Shown here: piece by piece, positions 10,789 to 21,981 of the stretch | Layout: the number at the start of each line of letters is the position of its first letter | Position numbering within the stretch: position 1 is the stretch's first letter | Assembly (NCBI RefSeq): GCF_013122565.1 | Contig: NZ_CP053258.1 | DNA: 64,000 nt | Strand: one strand, 5' to 3' | Source of the DNA: Escherichia coli | Lineage (GTDB): Bacteria > Pseudomonadota > Gammaproteobacteria > Enterobacterales > Enterobacteriaceae | Translations under genes and position numbers: made by a program | The notes under the pieces: model-generated | What the model saw: only the letters and a program-made list of their open reading frames with translations | What the model was told of the DNA's origin: nothing | The model's database searches: none

Positions 10789-11718
10789 TTATGCAGGCAT
10801 TGCTTCACGCGGGATAATCGCGCCGCGATACTGAATAACGGTACTTGCGGTCAGGTGCCCGCGTTTCGCCGCGTCTTCCGCACTGCCGCCCGTCAAACGT
10901 ACCGCCAGATAACCGGCACTGAAAGAGTCGCCAGCTGCGGTGGTATCGATCACTTTTTCTTTCGGCAGTTTCACCGCTGGAACATCCACTAACCCTTCGC
11001 CAGCAATAGACACCAGGCAAGAATCCGCCCCGCGTTTCACCACCACTTCTTTCACGCCCGCGTTATGGGTGCGCGCAATGACGTCTTCCACCGGCTGTTG
11101 ACCCCACAGCGCGTCTTCATCGTCCAGCGTCAGGAAGGCGATATCCGTGCATTCCAGCATTTGTTGGTACACCTGCTGTGTCTCTTCTTTGCTGGCCCAC
11201 AGGCGCGGACGATAGTTATTGTCGAAAATCACTTTTCCGCCGTTGGCGCGGCATTCGCGCAGCAGGGAAAGCAGCTTTTCGCGGCTGGTCGGGCTTAAGA
11301 TCGCCAGGCTAATCCCGCTCAGGTAGAGATAATCGAAATTCGCCAGCTCTGCACAAATCGCCGCAGACTGCTCGCTCTCCAGCCAGAATTTGGCAGCGGC
11401 TTCGTTACGCCAGTAGTAGAACGTACGTTCGCCGGTGCTGTCGGTTTCAATGTAGTAAAGGCCCGGCAGACGGTTTTCCATCCGTTGGGTCAGGGAAGTA
11501 TCAACGTTCTCGCCGTGCCAGGCGTCCAGCATCTGCTGGCTAAAACTGTCCGTTCCCAGCGCCGTTACGTAATGAACGGTTAATGCCGCAGGATCGACCT
11601 GACGGGCGATATAGACGGAAGTGTTCAGGGTATCGCCGCCGAAACCGCGCTTAACGTCCGCGCCTTTCTCGGAAAGCTCAATCATGCATTCGCCAATCAC
11701 GGCAATCTTTTTGGACAT
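10789..11718 (-). CDS. kdgK: 2-dehydro-3-deoxygluconokinase KdgK
   Basis: 309 aa from MSKKIAVIGECMIEL; PfkB-family sugar kinase; the ORF track extends 28 codons further upstream. Confidence 0.9.
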   Translation of the reverse strand: MSKKIAVIGECMIELSEKGADVKRGFGGDTLNTSVYIARQVDPAALTVHYVTALGTDSFSQQMLDAWHGENVDTSLTQRMENRLPGLYYIETDSTGERTFYYWRNEAAAKFWLESEQSAAICAELANFDYLYLSGISLAILSPTSREKLLSLLRECRANGGKVIFDNNYRPRLWASKEETQQVYQQMLECTDIAFLTLDDEDALWGQQPVEDVIARTHNAGVKEVVVKRGADSCLVSIAGEGLVDVPAVKLPKEKVIDTTAAGDSFSAGYLAVRLTGGSAEDAAKRGHLTASTVIQYRGAIIPREAMPA

Positions 11719-11948
11719 AGTCGTGAACCTGATCTGTAAAAAATTAGCGTTAGTTTGCGCTGTGGTGGTTTGCTGGTCAACCATATTAAAACAGTGTTCC
11801 ATTATTTTTTTGAGCCAGAACGTATTCCTGAAAGATTCCGTTGTAGAGGGGGAAATTTACCCCGGCCAGGCGGTAAAGTTCTGCCCTTGCGCGCCGATAA
11901 TCTTTGTCGAGTCCGGGCAGCATCACTTTTAAACACAGGACATCTTTG

Positions 11949-12716
11949 ATGATAAGGCAGGTTATCCAGCGAATAAGCAACCCTGAAGCAAGCATCGAGA
12001 GCTTGCAGGAACGGCGTTTTTGGTTGCAGTGTGAGCGTGCTTACACCTGGCAGCCGATCTATCAAACATGCGGACGGTTAATGGCCGTGGAGCTATTAAC
12101 GGTGGTCACGCATCCCTTGACCCCTTCGCAACGCCTGTCGCCGGATCGCTATTTTACTGAAATCACCGTCAGCCATCGGATGGAGGTTGTGAAAGAGCAG
12201 ATTGATTTGCTGGCGCAAAAAGCCGACTTCTTTATAGAACACGGCCTGCTGGCATCGGTCAATATTGATGGCCCTACGCTCATCGCTCTGCGTCAGCAAC
12301 CAAAAATCCTGCGCCAGATTGAGCGTCTTCCCTGGCTGCGTTTCGAACTGGTGGAACACATCCGTCTGCCGAAAGATTCAACCTTTGCCTCGATGTGTGA
12401 ATTTGGCCCGCTGTGGCTGGATGATTTTGGTACCGGGATGGCAAATTTCTCTGCGCTAAGTGAAGTGCGTTATGACTACATCAAAATCGCGCGAGAACTG
12501 TTTGTGATGCTGCGTCAGTCGCCGGAAGGCCGCACACTCTTTTCTCAGCTTTTACATCTAATGAATCGCTATTGTCGCGGGGTGATTGTCGAGGGCGTAG
12601 AAACACCGGAAGAGTGGCGTGATGTTCAGAACTCGCCCGCATTCGCCGCACAAGGCTGGTTTCTTTCACGCCCGGCACCGATAGAAACGCTGAATACGGC
12701 GGTTCTGGCGCTATAA
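11949..12716 (+). CDS. pdeH: c-di-GMP phosphodiesterase PdeH (YhjH), EAL-only protein
   Basis: 255 aa from MIRQVIQRISNPEA; EAL domain with ELL variant motif. Confidence 0.9.
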   Translation: MIRQVIQRISNPEASIESLQERRFWLQCERAYTWQPIYQTCGRLMAVELLTVVTHPLTPSQRLSPDRYFTEITVSHRMEVVKEQIDLLAQKADFFIEHGLLASVNIDGPTLIALRQQPKILRQIERLPWLRFELVEHIRLPKDSTFASMCEFGPLWLDDFGTGMANFSALSEVRYDYIKIARELFVMLRQSPEGRTLFSQLLHLMNRYCRGVIVEGVETPEEWRDVQNSPAFAAQGWFLSRPAPIETLNTAVLAL

Positions 12717-12785
12717 GCTGCCTCATTTTCCGCCTGGCTGGACTATCTTTAGGACTGGCACAGGAAGAATATGAGGAAGCGAACG

Positions 12786-14846
12786 ATGAGCAAGGCAGGC
12801 AAAATAACCGCTGCGATTTCAGGGGCTTTCTTGTTGTTGATTGTCGTGGCGATCATTTTGATTGCAACTTTTGACTGGAATCGACTCAAACCGACCATCA
12901 ACCAGAAAGTCTCTGCGGAGTTGAATCGTCCGTTCGCTATCCGTGGCGATCTGGGCGTGGTGTGGGAGCGGCAAAAACAGGAAACCGGCTGGCGCAGCTG
13001 GGTGCCGTGGCCCCATATACACGCGGAAGACATCATTCTCGGCAACCCACCAGATATTCCCGAAGTCACGATGGTGCATTTGCCACGCGTAGAGGCAACG
13101 CTGGCACCGCTGGCGCTGCTGACCAAAACGGTCTGGCTGCCGTGGATCAAGCTCGAAAAGCCCGACGCGCGCCTGATTCGCCTCTCTGAAAAGAACAATA
13201 ACTGGACGTTTAATCTTGCCAACGATGACAACAAAGACGCGAATGCAAAGCCGTCGGCATGGTCGTTTCGGCTGGATAATATTCTGTTCGATCAAGGGCG
13301 GATCGCTATTGATGACAAAGTAAGCAAAGCGGATCTGGAAATTTTTGTTGATCCGTTAGGCAAGCCGCTGCCGTTCAGTGAAGTTACTGGATCGAAAGGT
13401 AAAGCGGATAAAGAAAAGGTCGGCGATTACGTTTTTGGCCTGAAGGCGCAGGGACGTTATAACGGTGAACCGCTCACGGGTAAGGGGAAAATTGGCGGTA
13501 TGCTGGCGCTGCGTGGCGAAGGGACGCCGTTTCCGGTACAGGCTGATTTCCGTTCAGGTAATACCCGTGTTGCTTTTGATGGCGTCGTGAATGACCCAAT
13601 GAAGATGGGCGGTGTCGATTTACGGCTTAAATTTTCTGGCGATTCACTGGGTGATCTCTATGAACTGACGGGCGTTCTGCTGCCCGATACCCCGCCGTTT
13701 GAAACGGATGGTCGGCTGGTAGCGAAAATCGACACAGAAAAATCGTCGGTCTTTGATTATCGCGGCTTTAATGGGCGCATTGGCGATAGCGATATCCACG
13801 GTTCTCTGGTCTACACCACCGGCAAGCCACGACCAAAACTGGAAGGTGATGTCGAGTCGCGGCAATTGCGGCTGGCGGACCTGGGACCGTTGATTGGCGT
13901 TGATTCCGGGAAAGGAGCAGAAAAGTCGAAACGGTCTGAACAGAAGAAGGGTGAAAAAAGCGTTCAGCCTGCGGGCAAAGTGCTGCCTTATGATCGCTTC
14001 GAAACCGATAAATGGGACGTTATGGATGCCGATGTTCGCTTCAAAGGCCGACGTATCGAGCATGGCAGTAGCCTGCCGATTAGCGATCTTTCTACTCATA
14101 TCATCCTCAAAAATGCTGACCTGCGCCTGCAACCGCTGAAATTTGGCATGGCGGGCGGCAGCATTGCGGCGAATATTCATCTGGAAGGCGATAAAAAGCC
14201 GATGCAGGGGCGGGCAGATATTCAGGCTCGTCGACTGAAACTGAAAGAACTGATGCCCGATGTGGAACTGATGCAGAAGACGCTGGGGGAAATGAACGGT
14301 GACGCGGAACTACGCGGTAGCGGTAACTCGGTGGCGGCACTTTTAGGCAACAGTAACGGCAACCTGAAACTGTTGATGAATGACGGGCTGGTGAGCCGCA
14401 ACCTGATGGAGATTGTTGGGCTGAATGTCGGCAACTACATTGTCGGTGCGATATTTGGTGACGATGAGGTGCGGGTGAACTGCGCGGCGGCGAATCTTGA
14501 TATTGCCAACGGCGTGGCGCGCCCGCAGATCTTTGCTTTCGATACGGAGAACGCGTTGATTAACGTTACCGGCACGGCAAGTTTTGCTTCGGAACAGCTG
14601 GATTTGACTATTGATCCGGAGAGTAAAGGAATTCGGATTATCACACTGCGTTCGCCGCTGTATGTGCGTGGGACGTTTAAAAATCCGCAGGCTGGGGTGA
14701 AAGCCGGGCCGTTGATTGCTCGCGGAGCCGTTGCGGCGGCACTGGCAACGCTGGTTACGCCAGCGGCGGCGTTACTGGCGCTGATCTCACCTTCCGAAGG
14801 GGAGGCTAATCAGTGTCGGACGATTTTGTCGCAGATGAAGAAGTGA
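12786..14846 (+). CDS. yhjG: AsmA-family protein YhjG
   Basis: 686 aa from MSKAGKIT; N-terminal TM anchor then large periplasmic domain typical of the AsmA family. Confidence 0.85.
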   Translation: MSKAGKITAAISGAFLLLIVVAIILIATFDWNRLKPTINQKVSAELNRPFAIRGDLGVVWERQKQETGWRSWVPWPHIHAEDIILGNPPDIPEVTMVHLPRVEATLAPLALLTKTVWLPWIKLEKPDARLIRLSEKNNNWTFNLANDDNKDANAKPSAWSFRLDNILFDQGRIAIDDKVSKADLEIFVDPLGKPLPFSEVTGSKGKADKEKVGDYVFGLKAQGRYNGEPLTGKGKIGGMLALRGEGTPFPVQADFRSGNTRVAFDGVVNDPMKMGGVDLRLKFSGDSLGDLYELTGVLLPDTPPFETDGRLVAKIDTEKSSVFDYRGFNGRIGDSDIHGSLVYTTGKPRPKLEGDVESRQLRLADLGPLIGVDSGKGAEKSKRSEQKKGEKSVQPAGKVLPYDRFETDKWDVMDADVRFKGRRIEHGSSLPISDLSTHIILKNADLRLQPLKFGMAGGSIAANIHLEGDKKPMQGRADIQARRLKLKELMPDVELMQKTLGEMNGDAELRGSGNSVAALLGNSNGNLKLLMNDGLVSRNLMEIVGLNVGNYIVGAIFGDDEVRVNCAAANLDIANGVARPQIFAFDTENALINVTGTASFASEQLDLTIDPESKGIRIITLRSPLYVRGTFKNPQAGVKAGPLIARGAVAAALATLVTPAAALLALISPSEGEANQCRTILSQMKK

Positions 14847-14885
14847 TGAGGTTGGATTGTGTTTGCTGGTGAGTTCGGGAGCAGC

Positions 14886-15075
14886 GTGTTCCCCTCACCC
14901 TAACCCTCTCCCCAAAGGGGCGAGGGGACTGTTTTGTGCGTGTTGAAACAACGAGTACCGCTTTTCCGTTCACTTTCTGGGGGGAGGGCTGTTATGTTCG
15001 CGATATAACATCTCGCTCCGCTTTTCTCCCTCTCCCTTTCAGGGAGAGGGCTGGGGTGAGGGTGGCAGCCCGCAC
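14886..15075. repeat. Intergenic palindromic repeat unit: two inverted copies of a ccctcaccctaaccctctcccc-type motif
   Basis: cccctcaccctaaccctctccccaaaggggcgagggg near 14890 and its reverse complement (gggagagggctggggtgaggg) near 15040; a third copy lies at about 16724. Family name not assigned. Confidence 0.5.
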
Positions 15076-15080
15076 GATAC

Positions 15081-16403
15081 TTACAACGACTGATGTCGCG
15101 TCTCATGGGTCAGCAGCAGGGCGATTAACGTCAAGCCAGCCATCGCCGCCAGATATAACCCCACCGCACCTAACCCGTAGTTAGTCTGCAACCAGGCTGC
15201 GATATACGGCGCAACGGAAGCCCCGAGAATCGACGATACGTTGTAAGAGAACGATGCTCCGGTGTAACGCACTTCTGTCGGAAACAGCTCTGGTAACAGC
15301 GCACCCATCGGCCCGAAGGTCAGCCCCATCAGACTTAACCCCAGCAGCAGGAAGGCAAAAACCAGAATGGGGTTGCCAGAACCGAGCAGCGGGTTAAAGG
15401 CGAACAGCGCGAACAGGATGATCAGCGTGGTGATAATTACCATGCTTTTACGGCGACCAAAGGCATCAGCCAGTAATCCGGCGACTGGCACCATCACGCC
15501 AAAACCAATAACTGCCATCATCAGCATCCACAACACTTCGTTACGTGGCAGGCCAAGCCCAACTGGCGCGGCGGCGGTACTAAAGGTCATAGAGTAGACC
15601 GTCATGATGTAAAACAGCGTATAGGTTGCCAGCATGATGAAGGTACCGAGCACCGTGACGCGAACATGTTTGGTCAGCAGCGTACCCAGCGGGATCTTCA
15701 CCTGTTTTTTCGCTTTAGCGACTTTCTCAAACACCGGCGACTCATGCAGCGACACGCGAACATACAGGCCGATAATGACCAGCACCGCCGAGAAGATAAA
15801 CGGCACACGCCAGCCCCAGCTCATAAACTGCTCGTCGGTCAGTAGCCAGGAAAGCAGCAAGAAAGTGCCGTTGGCAAAGAAGAAGCCAATCGGTGCGCCC
15901 AGCTGCGGGAAGGAGCCATACAGTGCACGTTTACGCGGTGGGGCGTTTTCAGTCGCCAGCAGCGCCGCGCCGCCCCATTCACCGCCTAAGCCCAGACCCT
16001 GACCAAATCGAGCCAGCGCCAGCAGCAGCGGGGCGAAAATACCAATCGTGGCATAGCCCGGCAGCAGACCAATCACCACGGTCGAAATCCCCATCGTTAG
16101 CAACGAGGCGACCAGCGTCGCTTTACGCCCAACGCGATCGCCAAAATGACCAAATACGGCAGAGCCAATGGGGCGCGCGACGAAGGCGATGGCGAAGGTG
16201 GCGAGCGACTGTAGCGTTGCTGCCGTTGGATCGCCCTGCGGAAAGAAGATATGCGGAAACACAATAACGGCCGCAGTGGCGTAAATGTAAAAGTCGAAGA
16301 ACTCAATGGCCGTGCCAATGAGAGAGGCGACAAGGACTTTATTACGCGAGTTGATCGGCGTGTATTCTTGCTCGTGGTCGAGTGTTGTGGCTGTTGCTTG
16401 CAT
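15081..16403 (-). CDS. yhjE: MFS transporter YhjE
   Basis: 440-aa ORF with 12 predicted TM helices; recognised as YhjE. Confidence 0.9.
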   Translation of the reverse strand: MQATATTLDHEQEYTPINSRNKVLVASLIGTAIEFFDFYIYATAAVIVFPHIFFPQGDPTAATLQSLATFAIAFVARPIGSAVFGHFGDRVGRKATLVASLLTMGISTVVIGLLPGYATIGIFAPLLLALARFGQGLGLGGEWGGAALLATENAPPRKRALYGSFPQLGAPIGFFFANGTFLLLSWLLTDEQFMSWGWRVPFIFSAVLVIIGLYVRVSLHESPVFEKVAKAKKQVKIPLGTLLTKHVRVTVLGTFIMLATYTLFYIMTVYSMTFSTAAAPVGLGLPRNEVLWMLMMAVIGFGVMVPVAGLLADAFGRRKSMVIITTLIILFALFAFNPLLGSGNPILVFAFLLLGLSLMGLTFGPMGALLPELFPTEVRYTGASFSYNVSSILGASVAPYIAAWLQTNYGLGAVGLYLAAMAGLTLIALLLTHETRHQSL

Positions 16404-16721
16404 AATCTTTTCTTATTTTTTGGCTAACGAATAGCCATATTACGCACAGCAAAAGTGATATTTCAATGTGTAACAAATCGCGGAAATGGTCAAAAATAAG
16501 GCAAAAAGGGGATAATGTTTAGGCCAGTGATTTTTCTTCTATGAAATGCTTCACATAATTTTATAAATAGTGGATAAAACTGGTTTCAGGTTAAATAAAA
16601 GTTACCAACTGGATTTATATGCTGGGGTTATGAGTTGGTATGAAATTGTTTGCTCCTGAAGAGATGTGGTTTCAGGTGGTTATGTGCATGTCATTGCCTG
16701 GTCTCTGGCTGGCTTGTACCC

Positions 16722-16765
16722 CCTCACCCTAACCCTCTCCCCGGAGGGGCGAGGGGATCGACCGT
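16722..16765. repeat. Third copy of the ccctcaccctaaccctctcccc-type intergenic repeat
   Basis: ccccctcaccctaaccctctccccggaggggcgagggg, near-identical to the copy at 14890. Confidence 0.45.
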
Positions 16766-16794
16766 GCGTTTATCAGGCATTATAAACCAATGAA

Positions 16795-17808
16795 TTACCG
16801 CTGCGTTTTCCCCGGCATTCGCGGGTCGTCTTTATATTCGGCGGTGGCAATCCACGCCGCGCAAAACAGCGTCAAACGGGCGAAGAAGTAGAAAAATGCC
16901 ATCAGCCCCAGCACGGAACCAAATGCTGCGCCAGAGGGGGATTTCATCAACGATGGCAGGGTGTAGGTCATCACGATTTTAATCACTTCAAAACCAATAG
17001 CAGCCAGAAATGTTCCGCGAATCAGGGCTTTTTTGCGCGGACGGTGGCGCGGTAACCGCCAGAAGATCCAGAAGAAAAGCAGATAGTTGGCGAAGATGGA
17101 AATCGCCAGGCCAATCAACCGCCACGTCGGTTTCAGCCACTCAATGCTGTTCAGGTGCAGGGCGCTAATAATCATTTGCTGCGCCGAACCGGCAACCGAG
17201 GTGATCGAAAGCGTCACAATCAGCGCAATCAACAAACCAATCAGCGAAATAAAATCACGCAGATATTTTACCCAGAACTTCTCCTGATCTTGCGGCGAGC
17301 GTTCCCAGACATCGCGCGACTGGGCACGAATCGCTTCACGCAGGTTACCCATCCAGTTGATGCCGGAATAAAGTGCCACCGCCAGGCCGACAAGCCCTAC
17401 AGTCGTACGCTGCTGAACGGCGGTGTTGATGGTGTTTTTCAATGTGGCGGCTAGCGTCGGATCGCTGATGTTTTGCAGAATTTTGTCGAAGATATCCTGT
17501 AGCAACATCGGATGGGAGGCCAGCACAAAGCCCCCTGCGGCAAACGACACCATCAAAATCGGGATCATCGACAAAAATGAGAAATAGGTGATAGCTGCAC
17601 CAAACTGGTTACCCAGCCGATCGTTAAAGCGTTCTGTCGCGCGAATCAGGTGCGCAATAACCGGTTGGCGTTGGACTTTTTCGGCAGTGGTGGTGACGGT
17701 TTCCAGCGCCTGGCTAACTTTGCCGCCTTTCTCGCTATTATCCAACGGCTTAATCGGCTCGTGCTCCAGATCCTGGGTGGGACGTTTGATCTCGTTTTCC
17801 TGCGTCAT
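16795..17808 (-). CDS. yhjD: Inner-membrane protein YhjD (YihY/RNase BN-like family)
   Basis: 337-aa ORF; hydrophilic N-terminus followed by multiple TM segments. Confidence 0.9.
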   Translation of the reverse strand: MTQENEIKRPTQDLEHEPIKPLDNSEKGGKVSQALETVTTTAEKVQRQPVIAHLIRATERFNDRLGNQFGAAITYFSFLSMIPILMVSFAAGGFVLASHPMLLQDIFDKILQNISDPTLAATLKNTINTAVQQRTTVGLVGLAVALYSGINWMGNLREAIRAQSRDVWERSPQDQEKFWVKYLRDFISLIGLLIALIVTLSITSVAGSAQQMIISALHLNSIEWLKPTWRLIGLAISIFANYLLFFWIFWRLPRHRPRKKALIRGTFLAAIGFEVIKIVMTYTLPSLMKSPSGAAFGSVLGLMAFFYFFARLTLFCAAWIATAEYKDDPRMPGKTQR

Positions 17809-17856
17809 CCGCTCTTTTGTCCTTCTGTCGTGGTCATTCTTAAAAAGTATAGTCGG

Positions 17857-18756
17857 TCAGTCCAGGTACTCTTTCATTACGCCAGCCAGCCACTGCATAA
17901 ACAGGTTTACACGCCGGGAAAGCTCCCGACGCTGCGGATAAACCAGCGAAAGGGAGAGCGGCTCGGCACGGTAGCCTGGCAACACTTCAATAAGCCGCCC
18001 GGCACGCAGGGCTTCGCGCACGGCAATGCGCGGGATCTGAATAATCCCCAGACCGGCAAGACCGGCGGCGAGATAGTTTTCGCTACTGTTTACCGTCAAC
18101 ATGCCGCCAGACTTAAACCACTGGACGCCATTAACGCTGGCAACCTCAAAACCTAACGGATGTACACCCAGGTGCGGTGTATAACGCACTATTGCGTGTG
18201 AAGTCAGATCATCGGGGCTTTGCGGATAACCAAAGCGCGTCAGATAGTGCGGACTGGCACAGTTGACCATGGTCAGTTTGCCGAGGGGACGGGCGATAAC
18301 GCCATCTTCCGGTAACGCGCCAGTGCGTATCACGCAATCAAAACCATCATGAAGAATATCTACCGGACGGTCATGGCTACTCAGTTCCAGCTCAATTCCC
18401 GGATGCAGATAGAGAAATTCCGACAGGCGCGGCAGTAACAGGCTTTTCGCGATTCCTGGCGGGATGTCGATGCGTAATTTACCGCTGATACTGGTGGCAT
18501 CCTGTTGAAACAGACCGTCCAGTTCGCTGAGATTACTCAACACATCTTTTGCCCGTTGATAATAGGTCATGCCTTCTGGCGTGAGTTTGACCCGTCGCGT
18601 GGTGCGCTGGAGAAGCTGGGTGCCAAGTTGATGTTCCAGTGCCTGTATCTGGCGCGAAACACTTCCCTTTGGCAAAGCAAAGAAATCCGCCGCGCGGGAA
18701 AAACTTTCCAGCTCCGCGACTTTGATGAACAACTGCATTGCGTGAATTTTATCCAT
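17857..18756 (-). CDS. yhjC: LysR-family transcriptional regulator YhjC
   Basis: 299 aa from MDKIHAMQLFIKVAE; N-terminal HTH plus LysR substrate-binding domain; track ORF has a 24-codon N-terminal extension. Confidence 0.85.
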   Translation of the reverse strand: MDKIHAMQLFIKVAELESFSRAADFFALPKGSVSRQIQALEHQLGTQLLQRTTRRVKLTPEGMTYYQRAKDVLSNLSELDGLFQQDATSISGKLRIDIPPGIAKSLLLPRLSEFLYLHPGIELELSSHDRPVDILHDGFDCVIRTGALPEDGVIARPLGKLTMVNCASPHYLTRFGYPQSPDDLTSHAIVRYTPHLGVHPLGFEVASVNGVQWFKSGGMLTVNSSENYLAAGLAGLGIIQIPRIAVREALRAGRLIEVLPGYRAEPLSLSLVYPQRRELSRRVNLFMQWLAGVMKEYLD

Positions 18757-19274
18757 TTCTTTGACCGATTGTTGTTCACAGCGAAACAGTAACGCGCATA
18801 TCGCATTGTTTATTGTTTTTTCTAACATCTAATGCCGGGTTTCACAATGTTGTCATAACGAATGTGGCGATTTCTCAGCAGGAAAAGGGCGGAATAGCTT
18901 TATGAGAAGGTGAATCCCCTTAAACAGAGCGTATTTTTCAGCGATTCCCTTTAAAGTGAATAGAGGATGTATTGGCTATTTGTGCTTATTTTTGTCTCAT
19001 TGCCGTTTGTTATTTTGGCTTGTGGTCGCGGAATTTCATTTTTAATTGCATGCGTACTAACCACCAATATAAGGAAATCCTCAAAATTGTTTTAAATAGT
19101 GCCCTCGACATGTAATTTCAGGCGTTTAGCTGTAACTATTTATATCGGTAACTATTTTCTACGCGTCATCTCTGTAGAATGGCCACCGCCAAATGGCGAA
19201 TTCTTATTTTTTCTCGCGGGTAATACCCTTCCACTACTTAAGTCTTTTTAACGTATTCAGGTGGAGATTCAGTT

Positions 19275-19877
19275 ATGCAAATAGTCATGTTTGACAGGCA
19301 GTCAATATTTATTCATGGAATGAAAATCAGTTTACAGCAGCGTATTCCAGGAGTGAGTATTCAGGGGGCCAGTCAGGCAGACGAGTTATGGCAAAAGCTG
19401 GAAAGTTACCCTGAAGCCTTAGTTATGCTCGATGGCGATCAGGATGGTGAGTTTTGCTACTGGTTGCTGCAAAAAACCGTGGTGCAATTTCCTGAGGTTA
19501 AGGTGTTAATTACGGCGACGGATTGCAATAAACGGTGGTTACAGGAAGTTATCCATTTTAATGTGCTGGCCATTGTGCCTCGTGATTCAACCGTCGAGAC
19601 ATTTGCGTTGGCGGTAAATAGTGCGGCGATGGGGATGATGTTTCTGCCTGGAGACTGGCGAACGACGCCGGAAAAGGACATTAAAGATCTCAAATCGTTA
19701 AGCGCCCGCCAGCGGGAGATTTTAACCATGTTAGCGGCGGGTGAATCAAATAAAGAGATCGGCAGGGCGCTGAATATCAGTACCGGAACGGTAAAAGCGC
19801 ATCTGGAATCCCTGTATCGCCGTCTGGAAGTGAAAAATCGCACCCAGGCGGCAATGATGTTAAATATCTCCTCCTGA
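19275..19877 (+). CDS. yhjB: LuxR/FixJ-type response-regulator-like protein YhjB
   Basis: 200-aa ORF with C-terminal LuxR HTH (LSARQREILTMLAAGESNKEIGRALNISTGTVKAH). Confidence 0.9.
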   Translation: MQIVMFDRQSIFIHGMKISLQQRIPGVSIQGASQADELWQKLESYPEALVMLDGDQDGEFCYWLLQKTVVQFPEVKVLITATDCNKRWLQEVIHFNVLAIVPRDSTVETFALAVNSAAMGMMFLPGDWRTTPEKDIKDLKSLSARQREILTMLAAGESNKEIGRALNISTGTVKAHLESLYRRLEVKNRTQAAMMLNISS

Positions 19878-19886
19878 AGAGGATAA

Positions 19887-19926
19887 TTTTACAGCCAGCA
19901 GGAAGTTAGCGGCTGGCTGTAAAAAT
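19887..19926. terminator. Bidirectional intrinsic terminator between convergent yhjB and treF
   Basis: Stem cagccagc / gctggctg flanked by tttt upstream and aaaaata downstream. Confidence 0.6.
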
Positions 19927-19927
19927 A

Positions 19928-21607
<1,680 letters not shown>

Positions 21608-21981
21608 TTATCGGGCTTTTCTTTAAGGGTAGTCATTCGCTCCGCCTGGTGGGCGACAAAGCGTGCGGTGGATCACGTTTATTAACCTGTCAAAAAATAT
21701 AACGCACTAATATCCATGGAATTTATAAAAATACAGATTTCGTGTTGTTTTTCATTTTCAGAACATTCAATCCTGCTCTCGCCGCAATCATGATATGCCA
21801 TTCCTGATCTGGGTAATAGGCACAGGCTATCTTATTGATAGTTTATATTCATGTAATTGATTGATTCCTATCAAAAAGCGTATCTCCCTGTTTTTTATGA
21901 TGGCTTTGTCTCGCAGAGACGTTTGCAGCATTCTGGAAAATTTTCTGGGTCACAATAACTCACCACCGTGAGGGAAGAATA

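Noticed and set aside
11718-11802. N-terminal extensions of track ORFs for kdgK (and similarly gadA, gadE, yhjC, slp, rlmJ, prlC, arsB, yhiD, hdeB, yhiM)
   Set aside because: The extended starts are non-ATG or lack an RBS and exceed the known lengths of these conserved proteins; internal ATG or GTG starts matching the recognised N-termini were used.
12749-13295. Two overlapping minus-strand ORFs (161 aa and 158 aa) at the start of yhjG
   Set aside because: Antisense to and overlapping the yhjG N-terminus; no support beyond being open frames.
14886-16765. Possible CRISPR array suggested by the repeated ccctcaccctaaccctctcccc motif
   Set aside because: Only three copies, in mixed orientation, separated by 100-1700 bp including a whole gene; no regular repeat-spacer periodicity and no cas genes. 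It is an intergenic palindromic repeat, not CRISPR.
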